A DNA stretch of 63,111 bases, counting the filler, from Basidiobolus ranarum (taxonomy: Eukaryota), in assembly GCA_040143965.1 (NCBI GenBank). It is 15 parts of 15 records of this genome, joined end to end, with 100 filler letters (N's around TTAATTAATTAA, not from the genome) between each part and the next. Parts side by side here need not be neighbours in the genome. Positions count along the whole stretch, not along the records: positions 50,616 to 54,717 come from JASJQH010008991.1; positions 54,818 to 58,916 come from JASJQH010008992.1; positions 59,017 to 63,111 come from JASJQH010008993.1; 12 more parts are not named here. The stretch is one strand, 5' to 3'. Position 1 is the first letter of the stretch. Every line of letters starts with the position of its first letter. This document shows positions 50,516 through 63,111 of this stretch, piece by piece. Under the pieces are notes generated by a model. It was not told the DNA's origin. It did not search any database and saw only the letters and a program-made list of their open reading frames with translations. The translations under genes were made by a program, and so were the position numbers.

Positions 50516-51580
50516 NNNNNNNNNNNNNNNNNNNNNNNNNNNNNNNNNNNNNNNNNNNNTTAATTAATTAANNNNNNNNNNNNNNNNNNNNNNNNNNNNN
50601 NNNNNNNNNNNNNNNATATCAAGAGCGTAGAGATTGACAAGCACCCACATCACATTCCAGGAATCACAGCAACAGTAATAATTATAAGCCTCACCCACTT
50701 CCACCAAAACCTACCACTCGATTTGAGGACTCAAAGAAATAAATCTTCTTCTAGGTACACCAATCAATCAAAATACATCCAGTTTTCTTCTCGGTGGAAA
50801 AGGAGCACTTTGACTTTTGCCAGAAATCACACTGCCTTACACTTGCCTTTACGATGACCAAAAACCCGAAGGCTTATCTACGTATCTCTCTCCATACTTC
50901 CAGCAGCCTCTTGCGCACTAATAGGCAGACCGATTGATTTCTTAATGCGACCTCGATCACAAGAAAATAGCTCATACATATGAATTCGTAAGAATGTAAA
51001 GCGTGCTGACCTCATGCCATCTGAAATTGTATCGATTCTTTGCTTTTTCTAGCCCCGTTTTCACTATCATCAAACTTATCAATTCCGAAACTCAATAAAA
51101 AGTCCAAGTATACGGTAGATTCTGGTTCGAATGGGCTAATGAAAGTATTGTAAACTAGTTTCTTACTACTGATCGGCATATATTTCAGCTTTTGGCTATC
51201 ATAGAGTTGATTATAGCATTTCTGTATGCCTTCTGGCTTGTTCATTAGTATGATGATTCATGGAGAGTCCATAACAATTGAGATTAGGTTGAAAACCTCT
51301 CTTTCAATTATAGCGATGGAAATGGCATGAATAATTCGATTTTGGCATTCAATATCCAACTTGTGCTTTTATCAGTTAAAATTCAGATGGCACGTTTCGT
51401 GTTTAAGTTGATCTAAGATATGTGATTCGAAATGGTATGTCCAAGTTTCAAACATGAGACAGAGGCTAAAGACAAGTTGAAGCATACTGTTTCGCTACTA
51501 CTTCGGATAGAAAATCATTCATAAAGGGAGGAACACAGCATTTGGGGATCGCTCCTTATTCTCGTACATCCTTAGCTCCG

Positions 51581-52824
51581 ATGAACGCCAATAGCACTGT
51601 TCAGTCGCTGGTGACCTCGCTAGGGATGCATCTGATAGATACCTTCCAAAAGGGCTATTCAACAGATACTAATTTAATGTTTTCTCCCCTTTCGATCTTC
51701 TCGGCATTGTTCATGTTCATGTATGCCTCTTTAGATACAAGTCCGGCCGCACAGGAGCTGGTTCAGTCATTTGGTTTGGAAAAACCTCGTGATAAGAAAA
51801 ATATTCACGTCTACACATTGTTTTTTAAGAATTTCTTTTACGATTTGATTGACAAATATGACGAGGTGCCTACTTCATCGAACCAAATCAAGGCCAATTT
51901 GATTTTAGCCAACTCGTTGTGGGGCACAAACATGAAAAAGGGCTTTAGAAACTTGGCAAGAAGGGAACTCTTGTGCGATACTTTTGATGAAGTACCAACT
52001 CCAACTGGAATCGAAACATGGTTGAGAAATGCCACTAAAGGGAACATCGATGATATTGTGAGCAGAGACATGGTATTCAAAGAAAATGATCTATTCTTAA
52101 CCAGCACCCTCTACTTCACGGGGGCTTGGGAAACACCATTCGATCCCGCCAAAAATACAGTTCAAACCTTTAATATTCCTGGTAATCAATTCATTAGCGC
52201 TACAATGATGAATCAAGTCAAACAGTCTCATCCATACTACGAAAACAGCAAGTATCAACTACTGGATCTGACTTACACTGATGATAGATTTACAGCCTCA
52301 CTAGTTCTACCAAGGGAAATTTTGACATTTCAAGAGTTTTACCGATTGATGACACCTTCCGATTGGACTAACATTCTCAAAGAAAACAGAAGGAATTACC
52401 TGGTTAATGTTACCATCCCGAAATTTGATATTGAATCACATATCAACCTAGGTCCATATCTAGAAAAAATCAATGTGACTTCTATTTTCAAGCCAAACAC
52501 CGTCTTCCCATACTTATCTGCAAAGCCTAAGAATCTCGTACAATACATACACAAGACGCATGTAGAAGTAGCAGAATTTGGTACGTTTTCTTTCATATGA
52601 ACTTGAAGTGTGAGAAATTTATACAATGTTATTGACATCAACTCTTAGGTTCAAAGACAGTTGTTCCCCCTAGATTCTCATTCCTCTCCTACTTTACAAA
52701 CCCTTTCCTAAGATATCGGGTTAGATCGTTCCATTGTGACCGGCCATTTTTGTTCGTTTTGAAAACGAAGATCTCAGGTGTACCTTTGTTCGTCACTTAC
52801 ATTACAAACCCAGCCACTATATAA
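51581..52824 (+). CDS. Serpin-fold protein, 391 aa, 2 exons
   Basis: Exons 51581-52580 and 52649-52824. Motifs: NLMFSPLSI, W...ATKGNI, LYFTGAWETPF, V.IPKF and F.CDRPFLFVL...PLF...NP. Confidence 0.92.
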
Positions 52825-53382
52825 AAGATATGATTTGTTCATGTTCATGTTCATCAACTACCACCTTAAGAAAAGTTTGATTTTTACGTAACTACAGAAC
52901 TATCGTAAAGTAATTCCAACTTGAATAGTACTAGTCTCCTGTATATATATCTACTATATGTATTCGAAGGACAGTGTAACTCTTGACTTGTCCACTATAT
53001 ATTATACCGTCAGATCAAACATGAAGTTGAAGAGAAACAACTTGTCTAAAGATTAATTCATATAGTGTAGAACATATCTATAGCATTCTCATTGGAAATA
53101 TAATGCAAATACAGACTCAAAGGGGCGCTGAAACCTTCGTTAAGGATTTGAACCACCCCGGTTTGTTTGCGAATTATATCGTAAACTCATTAACTGTAGA
53201 GGTATTTCCCGTTTCATCGTTTGTAACTTGTCACATATATTGCTAAAACAATACCAACTCCAAACGTCTACACATCTAACAATTACTCGAATTAGTACTC
53301 TCAAACATCCTGTAAAACGTAGGCAATAATTTAAAGAAAAAGGCTTTATTGAAGCTTGGCATCCAACTAGACAAAGAGATTA

Positions 53383-54320
53383 TCATAGGCTTTTTACTGT
53401 TTTCAAAAATTCGTCCGTGAGTTTACGGTGTATAGGAGTAGTCAAATGAATATCATCCCAAAAAACACTTTTTTCGGGATAGTGACAGATAGAAATATAC
53501 CCGTTTGCAGACTTACGTATACATGGCTCAAAACGATTCGTAAATGATGGATCATTGACGGCGTTTGTCAATACCATATCTTGGTCAAATACCTTTAACT
53601 TCAAATCAACGTTGGATGATTGATATCTCTCCACCATCTCGTTCAGCCCCTTGTTGTGCAGTTTTCGTTGGAATAATGATAACTTGTATTTCCATGGAGT
53701 CAATCGGTCCCTTGGAAGCTTCTCCAGTCCAACATTCCAAAATATAACCTGCTTTGCGTTAATAGGTGGCTGAAAAAGGGGCATAGTAGCCTTTTCAAGT
53801 AGTTCAAGTATCCTTAAAGGATCTGGTGTACGATCCCAATTATAATCATTTCCAGCAGCTGCCACCACATACAATGTATCCTTCGAGTCGAATTGATTTG
53901 GATTGTAAAGTAACCTCTGTTTGTGCGCTTCTATTTGTTGCTCTATGCTTGGTACTGGTACACCTAAAAAAGCCACTTCGCTGATTTCATCCAAGTTACT
54001 TACTAAAGAAAACGTTACTAAATCACAGGTCGACATAGACAATCATAAAGTGACATACCAGTAGCACCCGCAAAAGAGTAATTTTCAATATCCCATTCTG
54101 TACGATTCTTTGTGTACTCAGGCCAGAGCAACCCGTTGGAAAAATGACCGTTAACATATCCTTGGGGGAAATAAGTTTGAAAAGTTACATTAAGTAGATT
54201 TCCAGTGTCAGAGTAAGAATCCCCAAAAATGACCAGATTTTGGATATCTTTTATATCTATCCCAAAAACTACAATACACTGGATTGATAGGTTAAAGAAG
54301 GTTAAAGGGATTAATTTCAT
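53383..54320 (-). CDS. Secreted GDSL/SGNH lipase-esterase, 298 aa, 2 exons
   Basis: Exons 54320-54059 and 54017-53383 with a 41-nt GT-AG intron. Motifs: FGDSYSDTGN, FSNG..W.EY, FAGAT, GNDY and FWDDIHLT. Confidence 0.9.
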
Positions 54321-54817
54321 CGTGTTATTGAGAACTGTCTACATACGACGATGTGTATATATTTATATCTTGTACTTTGTACACACAACGCTATATTCAC
54401 CTTCTTTCGATACGCTGTTTAGCATGTATGACCGATCGTAATCAAGGCATTTACAAGGCTATTACCTAATCCCCAAGAACTCTGCTACATGCGAATCTGC
54501 ATACATCAAAAATAACTTTAAGCGCCTATACCAAGATCAGAAACCATGTTGGAGATCGAGAGAATCGGGCATTCCAGGGAAATATCAACGATGAAAGCAT
54601 CTACATAGTCCTCTGTTCCCAGCTCCCCATCTTCTCATATATTTCCGGATTATAGACTCGCCGTAGAAGTACCATTCATTACCAAAAATCAATATAGACA
54701 AAGCATATTAAATCGATNNNNNNNNNNNNNNNNNNNNNNNNNNNNNNNNNNNNNNNNNNNNTTAATTAATTAANNNNNNNNNNNNNNNNNNNNNNNNNNN
54801 NNNNNNNNNNNNNNNNN

Positions 54818-55840
54818 GATTATAGGCCCTTGCTATACATTCTGGGAGTTCCCAATGGAGTGCACCTGTGGTGAAATAATGCTCTGTGTGAAATTGTCAG
54901 TATTACCATATGCAAATCTGATTAACAATGTATCAGGAAAATCAGTGATGAATGAAATGCAATGGGTTAAGGAGACTCCAGAGTTTATTAACTTTCCAAC
55001 AAAGTGCTCTTTTCAATGTGCTCCTGGGTTTTTGCTTTGCTTGGGCACAATAACTGCAACAAAGCCCAATCCATGAACACAGAGTAAGTACCTCTATAAT
55101 CAGAATAATTTGCTTGGGTGATAATCTGATGGTATTTTCAGGAAAGCTGCAAGGCAGACTTCTTGTGAGATAGATCAAGATATGCAGTATTATTGCTTTA
55201 GCCATGAGGTAATCTATTCAAGCAATGATACTTCTACTTGTGATGAGACATTTGTTGACTGCAAGTTGGGGATATATTGGCTGAATTCTTTATGGAAATT
55301 TGCCAAAATCCAAGAGCTTATTCTCATTGTGAACAGTAACAAGAGTCAGCTATTAGCCAAGTGTTGGTGCTATTCAAAACTTTGGATGCTTAGCAATTTT
55401 TCCACCATTAGTTTGTTGGTAAAGCATATTGGTGTTGTTGAGTTATGTCCAATCAGTTAAGTATGTGCATATATAGAGACTAAACATAACAAGATTCTTG
55501 TATTTTTTGATTCTTATTATGGCTGGAATACAAAGCCTAAAATATCTAAATAAAGGCATGGATATTAATTCCAATTCCTACAGCCATAAACCCAGTAATT
55601 TGCCATTCAAGAATTAGATTTTTGCAAAAATTGCTAGATATTGAATAATGCATCCCAAATATGAGGATCAATATTTTGACATGTTTTAATACCATCAAAA
55701 TACCTTCAAGAAACTGCCATCACATGATCAAAATCTCTGGCAGAATGCAAGCTACCAATATTGTGACGGTTCTCTGCTGGCTTTGCTATTACTAAGGGTG
55801 GATCCAATCCAGATCAAATCAATTTTATTTTTTTTAATGA
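54818..55840 (+). mobile_element. CACTA-like transposase 3' part and subterminal region
   Basis: Reads GP.YTFWEFPMECTCGE...PYANLINN, colinear with 11810-12560 and the reverse complement of 43340-44340. TTGTGACGGT lies at 55761. Confidence 0.8.
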
Positions 55841-55936
55841 GTAGCATTCTTGGTGGGTTTTTGTTTTTGATATAGACTGCAGCTGAGACATATTGACCGC
55901 ATTATTTATAATCTAACTTCTCCTCATTTAACATTT

Positions 55937-58019
55937 AGTATAATTGTTAAATAGCAACAAATTATAGGGAGGTTGAGTAAGCTAGTATTGTATTCATTAT
56001 AACTGGACTGAATTTTATGATGGGAGATACTCCTGCATTAATACTTAAACTGATAGATCAAATGAGTAATGACCCATCCAGTGATTACTAATTTAATTCT
56101 TATATTAGGATCTAGCTATATCATACTGGGATGGCATAATATTTGGCCATGACATCCTGGGGCACCACAACAATTATTTGATACATGTTGGGGTGAAACT
56201 GTTAAAATGATCTTGTGACCTGACAAAATGGAGGGGCTAAGAACACGTAACCCTGCATAGAACATGAGCTTAAGACTATCATATGACCTATTATGACTAA
56301 CTATGCAAACATCATATTTACTGCTGACTAATACCCATTGATATTTAGATAATTGAAAACTTATGGTAATGATGATACCAATCCAGGGATAATACTGATA
56401 TATTGATAGCACTGATATACTGATATTACCAAATATTGCATAACTTAACTAATACATAAGCTTCTATGATTAGCATATCATACATTTTTTCCTGCTAAGA
56501 ATCGGAAGGTTCTCCTGAGTCTTACTTCTGGTGGTACCAATAATTGGTTGGTGGATCAACTTCTTGAAGTCTGCCAACTTTTAGTCCACCCTATATGACT
56601 AAGCCTTTTCTGGAAACCTGTTGTTTATCCAGCTTCTTCATCCTGATTGTGGTCTGTCTCTTCCATAGTCTCAACAGTGTAAAGCTCTCTTTACTTTCCT
56701 TTGGCTTTCCATATGGGCAATATCTAGCATAATGACTCTAAGATGTCTTGCATAATGTTGCTTCTTATGGCACACAAAGCACAATTGTCTGTGCTTAGAT
56801 TCTTCAGTAGTCAGCTCTCTGTTGATAGAATAAATCTCCATCAGAGTTCCTTCCGTTGGTCCCTGGGGTAGCTTTGGTATTCTCTGCTCTCCATTGTATA
56901 TGATCTTCCTTCACCATACATGGCTTTGTCATAGATAATTGAAATCTTGATTGCCCAATCCAAGGTGTCTGGAGCTTGGTAGCTCACTTCCATCTCAGTT
57001 CTTCCATGCATTCCTTAGACAAAGAGTTGCACTTGGTCTAGCTGATGCATATGGTTGAGCTGGCCCTTGAAGCTTCTGAACTGGTAGATATATTTCTGCA
57101 CAGTTTTAATTGTTTCAAGTGTGTCAGTTTTCTCCTAATGAGCTGCTACCAATGCAAGGGTTCAAAGGCATCTGAATCTCCTGGATAAACTGCTGCCAAG
57201 TAGTGCTTGGTAGTAGTTTTAATGTAGCTGCTGCTCTAGTGCTGTTATGATACTACTGAAGGAGGGCATCAGTCAGATATGAGGCTGCATAGTGTAACTT
57301 GCTTGCATGTTGAACTCCCCTGGCTTGATAGATGTCTTCTAGCTGAAATATCCAAGTTCCAAGATTTTCATCACCTTTACAAAGGCACTGGTCAACTTTG
57401 GTACTTATTAAGCTTCTTCATATAATTGGTCCGGGTAGGTTCAGGTTAGTATTTGTAATTCCTTGCTATTGCTGGCTTACAAGCAGCTGGGGAATGATCT
57501 TTTCTACACCAGATCTCCACTCAGGTGTTTCAGACATGGCAAAGGTTCTTCTTGAGGATGGGTTTCCACTGCTATGAATATTATAATTCTTCAGCTGCTA
57601 AGAGTTATAGGGGGGTTGAGTCAGCTAGTTTTGTATTGACTAAAACTGTACTGAAGTTCATAGAGGGAGATACTCCTGTTTTTATACTTAAACTGAAAGA
57701 TCAGATGAATAATTACTCATCCACTGATTACTCATGCAGTTGCAATATCAAAAGCTTGCTACATCTTAGTGAGGGACATAGCAATCAGCTAATATATGTA
57801 AGAGTGGCTTAGTCAAGATAATCTTGTGAACTATTGAATACAAGGGATGCAATCATGTCACCTTTGGTGGAATATGATGAACACTGATTGATATCTAGAT
57901 ATTTGATAACTGTTGGTGTTAATAAAACTGATCCAGGGACAATATTGATATACTGATAATACTGAATGTTGCATGAGCTAATTAATAACTCAAGCTGCTA
58001 TGATTAGCAAATCATAACA
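55937..58019 (-). mobile_element. Gag-only Ty3/Gypsy-type LTR element, with LTRs at about 58019-57579 and 56484-55937
   Basis: Two diverged direct repeats flank the gag remnant WIFQLEDIYQA...KLHYAASYLTDALL and LCFVCHKKQHYAR. A purine tract AGGAAAAAA precedes the 3' LTR. Confidence 0.65.
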
Positions 58020-58400
58020 CATTGGCTTTGCCATGTCTGCTAAGTTCTCATCAGCAGTTACTGCAACTCCATTTCTTTTATGAAGTACAAAGTACAATAG
58101 TCTGTGGCTCAATATGTTCTTTAGAGCAAAGCCAGTAAAGTCTTTGGAGCAACTGGCTCCACCATTATTGCACCAAAGTACCAGCATCTTTTGTACTTAT
58201 TCTTTCTCTACCATAGCCTAAGATTCAGATTTTATTTCAGAAAGTATAGCCTGGTGTATTTTTTTTGTCATAAAAAAGATCAAAAAGTATATTGTTACCA
58301 GCCAGTAAGATCTGTTTCATGGGCCCACATGTGGCAGAATTAATCAGGCAAATGTCTCAGTTAATTTATCTGTCCAGAATTTAGAAAAGGCTGTCTGTGG
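58020..58400 (-). mobile_element. Decayed Copia integrase fragment
   Basis: LWCNNGGASCSKDF...RNGVA corresponds to a degenerate LRSDNGGEY...QNGVAER. Confidence 0.6.
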
Positions 58401-59016
58401 TATGTTCTATATATCTAACTTTATATAGATAAATTTAGAAATATTTTTCATTGCTAAGCCAGTAACAAGCCAATTTCACATTGATTGGGCTGGTTTTTTG
58501 TCCTCAAATGTGTCCTAATCTTTGATGCAACATTAGTCAGCTTACTTAACTGATTTTTGCAAAGTATGCATTTGCTTATGAGTTTGGGTTGATTTGCTGC
58601 TTGAATAAGTTTTGAGTTTAGATGCCAGTGACTATTGTTGAAGTTTATTGTCTTTATCATAATTGTTATCTCTATCTTTATATACCTAACTATTTAATAT
58701 TTCACATATAAGTGAGTTAACATTACTTAGTCAAATATCACTTAACTGAAAATTAGACATAAATTATATATACACATGAATAATGTAAGGATTAGCAATT
58801 CCTTATTAAAAATTTCAAACTTGTCCAAATTGCCCCAAAGATAGCTTATTTTACTCCCACAGATGTTCTGAACATAACCCCAGTGTTAGTTTTCTGTATT
58901 TCCACCAACAAGTATANNNNNNNNNNNNNNNNNNNNNNNNNNNNNNNNNNNNNNNNNNNNTTAATTAATTAANNNNNNNNNNNNNNNNNNNNNNNNNNNN
59001 NNNNNNNNNNNNNNNN

Positions 59017-59413
59017 TTGTGAAATGGGAGGGAAACGATGGGGCGAGGTTGGATATTTTATTCAGCCAACTATATTTACCAATGTTCATGAGAATATGAA
59101 GATCATGAAAGAGGAGATTTTTGGTCCAGTTGTCGCCATCAGCAAATTCAAAGACGAGAAAGAAGTGATTGAAAAGGCCCATTCCACTGAGTACGGTCTA
59201 GCTGCAGCAGTATTTACCCAAGACATTAGCAAAGCAATCAGGGTTTCTAACGATCTACAAGCTGGTACAGTTTGGGTGAACTGTTACAATTGTCTTGATG
59301 CTAGCACACCGTTTGGTGGCTATAAGGAGTCTGGATTTGGAAGAGAACTGGGTAAATATGCTATAGCTCTGTATACTCAGGTCAAAACAGTGAAGATAAA
59401 CATAGCTAGTTAA
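59017..59413 (+). CDS. Aldehyde dehydrogenase (ALDH1/2 class), C-terminal part
   Basis: Contains GYFIQPTIF, EEIFGPV, YGLAAAVFT and PFGGYKESGFGRELG. Confidence 0.95.
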
Positions 59414-60431
59414 ATGTACTACTAAAGCTTGCTTTTCTTCCTTTGTTTCGGTGCTTTTAGTACTATCTACAGCACGTTGTCTTGCACATCATTGTGTTCG
59501 AATTGTGAATAAATTGCGTTTATTACGAAATATGAGAGGCTCTACAGCATCTATATCCAATTGATATTTCTTGGAGAACGAAAGATAGTACAAGAGTCAA
59601 GAACCTCTACATGTTACTCTAAAGATAGTGTCTCTCCATCAATCTTGAATATACGAAATGAAATAACTTTATTGTTATTAGAACTTAATTCTCAGTCATT
59701 CGATGGAGATCCGCGGATTACTTGTGCTTAAGGTAATGGTAGTAGAAGGGTAACGTATTAAGAAACTACCACTCATAGAGGACTACAGAAGACATGTGAT
59801 GCTCTTCTAATATTTTAAAATAATATAGAATGCATGAATAATTCCTGGTATATACCCAAGTAAAGTCAATGCGATATTGATCAATAAATCACAATGACAG
59901 GGACCACGTTCAAGGAGCACCCCAAGCGGTGGAAAGATAACAGCGAAGAAAAATTTGAAGATATCCGTACAAGTCAAAGCCATTGTAGTATTTGGGATTT
60001 ACACGCTTCATGAATCATTCTTATATATTGTGCACAGCTTTACTGATTCAGTGATCTAGGGGATGAGAAGTACTCCCATCTTCTATGTCCAGTTAGATAT
60101 GGGCTAAAGTTTATGTTCATACTAGATGAATGCTTTTCAAGTAGTTCAGCTCCTTGCATGAATCCAAATCCCCCTCAAACAAATTTACGATTTGGGCTAC
60201 TTACATGCTTTTAATATAGACTACCGTGTCAATTAAATAAATATGGATGCACTCCGGTAAGATGCACGAATAAAGTATTCAGTCATTTCAATTGGATTTT
60301 AGTTGATTGACCATCAAATATATGAGATGTTGAGTTTATTGAAATTTTTGAATAACAGAAAAAGTACTATAGTACTGGTGACAGTGAGGTCAATGGTAAG
60401 AAAGAAACAGAGCATAAAATCAAGGGAGAAA

Positions 60432-61164
60432 TCAAGCCATTACATTATCATAATGATTTCCATCGATTATGCCACCACGCATACTATGACGTACATTTCC
60501 TTCGAAATGTTGACGGTCAGTTCTTAAATCTTGTGCAGCATCTACGTGCATTAGCCAAACCAAAGTCATTACAACTTACTCAAAGAAAATTATTCAAGTG
60601 TAAATACAAACCTTTGTTCAATGGATCGTCTGCGTTGGGTTCAAGGAATAAATACTGTAGTCCCACTATTACTGAGATAATGTTGAGGACTGGCTTCCAA
60701 TCCTCGCGTAGAATATTCAAACAGATGTTTCCCTCTAGGTCAACATTAGGGTGATATACCTATGCATTCTATGAGACGATACTTTCCCAAAATGTAAAGC
60801 GGAATACATACCTTTTGAGTACAACGAACCTTTGGTGGTTCGTGTGGATAATTATGATTGATCTTGAAAGTAAACTTGAAGTTGCCATTCTTATAGAAAC
60901 CTTCGTCCGGTTTAAAGTCTAGTTCGAAATTCAATAAATTTTCAGGTGAGGGAAAAGACATTTCCATGGTTTTTGGTAATTCCAGTTCCGAAAGGTCTGC
61001 ATATATATAGAACATTTGAGTATATGGGTAAAACATGAGACGAAACTAGTAATAGATTTAGTCTATATGGAAGCACCTTTTTGAACTCGGATTTGTGCAG
61101 CACTAACTTTGGGTTTCTTCTCGGCTTCGGCAGCCAGTTTTTTCTTCTGGAAAATTGAGAACAT
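60432..61164 (-). CDS. UBC12: NEDD8/Rub1-conjugating E2 enzyme, 4 exons
   Basis: Reads MFSIFQKKK...[57 protein letters not shown] and SMRGG. Confidence 0.92.
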
Positions 61165-61975
61165 TATAATATTCGGTTGCTGCTAGAAACGAAAGCAGGC
61201 TTGAAGATGTATGAGAGCAAGAGAACCAAGAAATATGCAAATAAAAGTCAAAAGAGGCTCAAATATCACTTGTAACTCCAATATTATAGACTTCTAACGA
61301 CGGTTGGATCATATTCCGCTTGATGAAATTCATCATCACGTTGCTCAAACATCCTGCTAACTCATTGCAATATATGATATATGTGTACCTAGAAACCATG
61401 GATCTTACTCAATCAACCCCTTGACCACATCGAGCACCAGATTCTTAGAGTTGTACCAGGATAAATTCTGAAAAATGGAAACTGGCGAGTAGGACCCGAT
61501 GAGCCTAGTGGAAAACCGGATGGCAATGCAAAAATCATGTTGGCCCTTTAAACCTATGGAGATGTTGACTCCCACATGGGAATCCTTAGATACCAACAAT
61601 TTCTTGCATCAGGTTCTAAATGAATTCCCTTTATTGCACCAGCAGGAAAGCCAGAGAATTCATGAATTCACATCAATCAGGCCTTAGACACATGACGATG
61701 TGCTCAGATGATCATTCAGTAGGCCATCTCAGTGCTCAGCTTATATACAACCAGTAAAGCTACATATACTTCTTTATCGAGTTACAAAGATGTTTTTATT
61801 CATCGTCATCCGTTATGTTATGAGGTGACGGACGGTATACAGACAAAAGATAGGCATGATTTTAGGATCAAATTATGTAATTGTATTCACTAGCCAAGAA
61901 AATTTAGAAAGCTCAGGATAACTCAATAATGATTTGAAAAGTATGCTCACACTCACACTCAGACCAGAGATGATA

Positions 61976-62458
61976 TCAACGCCCAGGGAGAACGTTCCGA
62001 ATGTTGTTGATTAAAATTTGGGCAGATGCCGCAACGTTACCGACGTAAGGCTCGATCGTAGAACGACAGGTCTCGATAACCTCGTTAGTTGGCTTCTTGA
62101 TTAAAGGAAACTTGCTCTCCAAATAATCCAATGACCGACAACCAATGTCATCCACTTGTTGGATTTGACGCTGGAAATGACTTTGAACAGGTTCGATGAC
62201 TTTGGTAACAGTGCTATAGGCGGTATTAGCAGTGTCAGCTACAAGATGAATATAACGAGAGCTAGAGTGTTCAATATAGCTTTTGACTGCATTAACGCTA
62301 TCTTGCACAACTGGGATTTCATAGATACGGGTGGCCATGTGGAGCTCGTTCGCCGCCGCATTATTAGTATCGTTGGGAGCGCTTCCGTTCTTGGACTTTT
62401 GTTTGGTGGGCTTGTCCTTAGGAGATGCTTGATCGTTAGCATTCGATTCTTGACTCAT
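61976..62458 (-). CDS. Perilipin/CAP20-like lipid-droplet protein (PAT domain), 160 aa
   Basis: Contains RIYEIPVVQDS...QVDDIGCRSLDYLESKFPLIKKPT, the PAT-domain signature. Confidence 0.78.
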   Translation of the reverse strand: MSQESNANDQASPKDKPTKQKSKNGSAPNDTNNAAANELHMATRIYEIPVVQDSVNAVKSYIEHSSSRYIHLVADTANTAYSTVTKVIEPVQSHFQRQIQQVDDIGCRSLDYLESKFPLIKKPTNEVIETCRSTIEPYVGNVAASAQILINNIRNVLPGR

Positions 62459-63111
62459 GACTACTGAAGTAGATAAATATTAAAGAGAATGGAGATTCAG
62501 AAAGTTTCTATATGCTTCTGGTTACTAAACCCACCTTATATTCTTTTTGAGTGTCTGCTCTGTCACCGATATCGACAAGTCATCGACTGATTCAGAATCA
62601 TGTGCTAATCTATATTGGCAACTGGCATATGAAGAGTCAAGCAGTAATTTGACCTATCATCTACCATAAATAAGCCAGACATGTTGGAGCTTCCTAAGAA
62701 AAGTTAGGAATCGGAAAATGTGGATTTTTCGAGATGCTAATCACATGAAAGTGTTGTTTCTGATTCTACAGATTTCTCAAATTAGTTGAAAACAACGCTA
62801 GTGATACATAGATTGGCCCATATCAAGCAGTCTACATGTATATGTAGCATACGAAAGGTAAACACAATTTCACGATAGGAACGATATCTCTAATCCCTCA
62901 TGACATTTGCCTGTGGAAGGTGTATCTTTCCTATATTTAGGTAAATCCAGTTTCCTCGACTGCATGTATGCATAGAGCAGATAGAAAACTACAACAGTAA
63001 ACCTCGTAGATGCACTCACAATTGAGATACCTAGATCAAGTTCAGAGGATGTCAATATAGTGTTAAGGGGCAAAGGTGGTAAGCAGAAAGGAAGGTACTC
63101 AGTACAAACTG

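Noticed and set aside
37994..63111. A metabolic or virulence gene cluster (permease, TauD, serpin, lipase, ALDH)
   Set aside because: The genes lie on different unlinked contigs. Only within-contig adjacency is real.

Overview
This window is not one locus. It is 15 unlinked contigs of about 4.1 kb each, in descending length order (4130 to 4095 bp), joined by 100-bp artificial linkers (44 N + TTAATTAATTAA + 44 N). The DNA is eukaryotic and intron-rich, and its gene content suggests an early-diverging fungus (Zoopagomycota/Mucoromycota-like; this is inference). The contigs fall into two classes. (i) Gene contigs with normal CpG carry a J-domain/TMEM185-like membrane protein, an ACS-family MFS permease, RPC82, a basic secreted protein, an HDAC8/Hos1-like deacetylase, CPT1/EPT1, a decayed amino-acid permease, two divergent TauD/JLP1 paralogs, VMA13, DRS2, a serpin, a GDSL esterase, an ALDH, UBC12 and a perilipin-like protein. 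(ii) Almost CpG-free contigs consist of nested, decayed transposons: a multi-copy CACTA/EnSpm-like family with a divergently transcribed unknown second gene, Copia elements with half-tRNA-iMet primer sites, Ty3/Gypsy elements including a gag-only LTR element, and a PIF/Harbinger family. The best leads are the two-gene divergent CACTA family, repeat-restricted CpG erasure, a fungal serpin with a non-inhibitory hinge and the J-domain/TMEM185 fusion. All family assignments come from motif recognition by eye; no searches were run.
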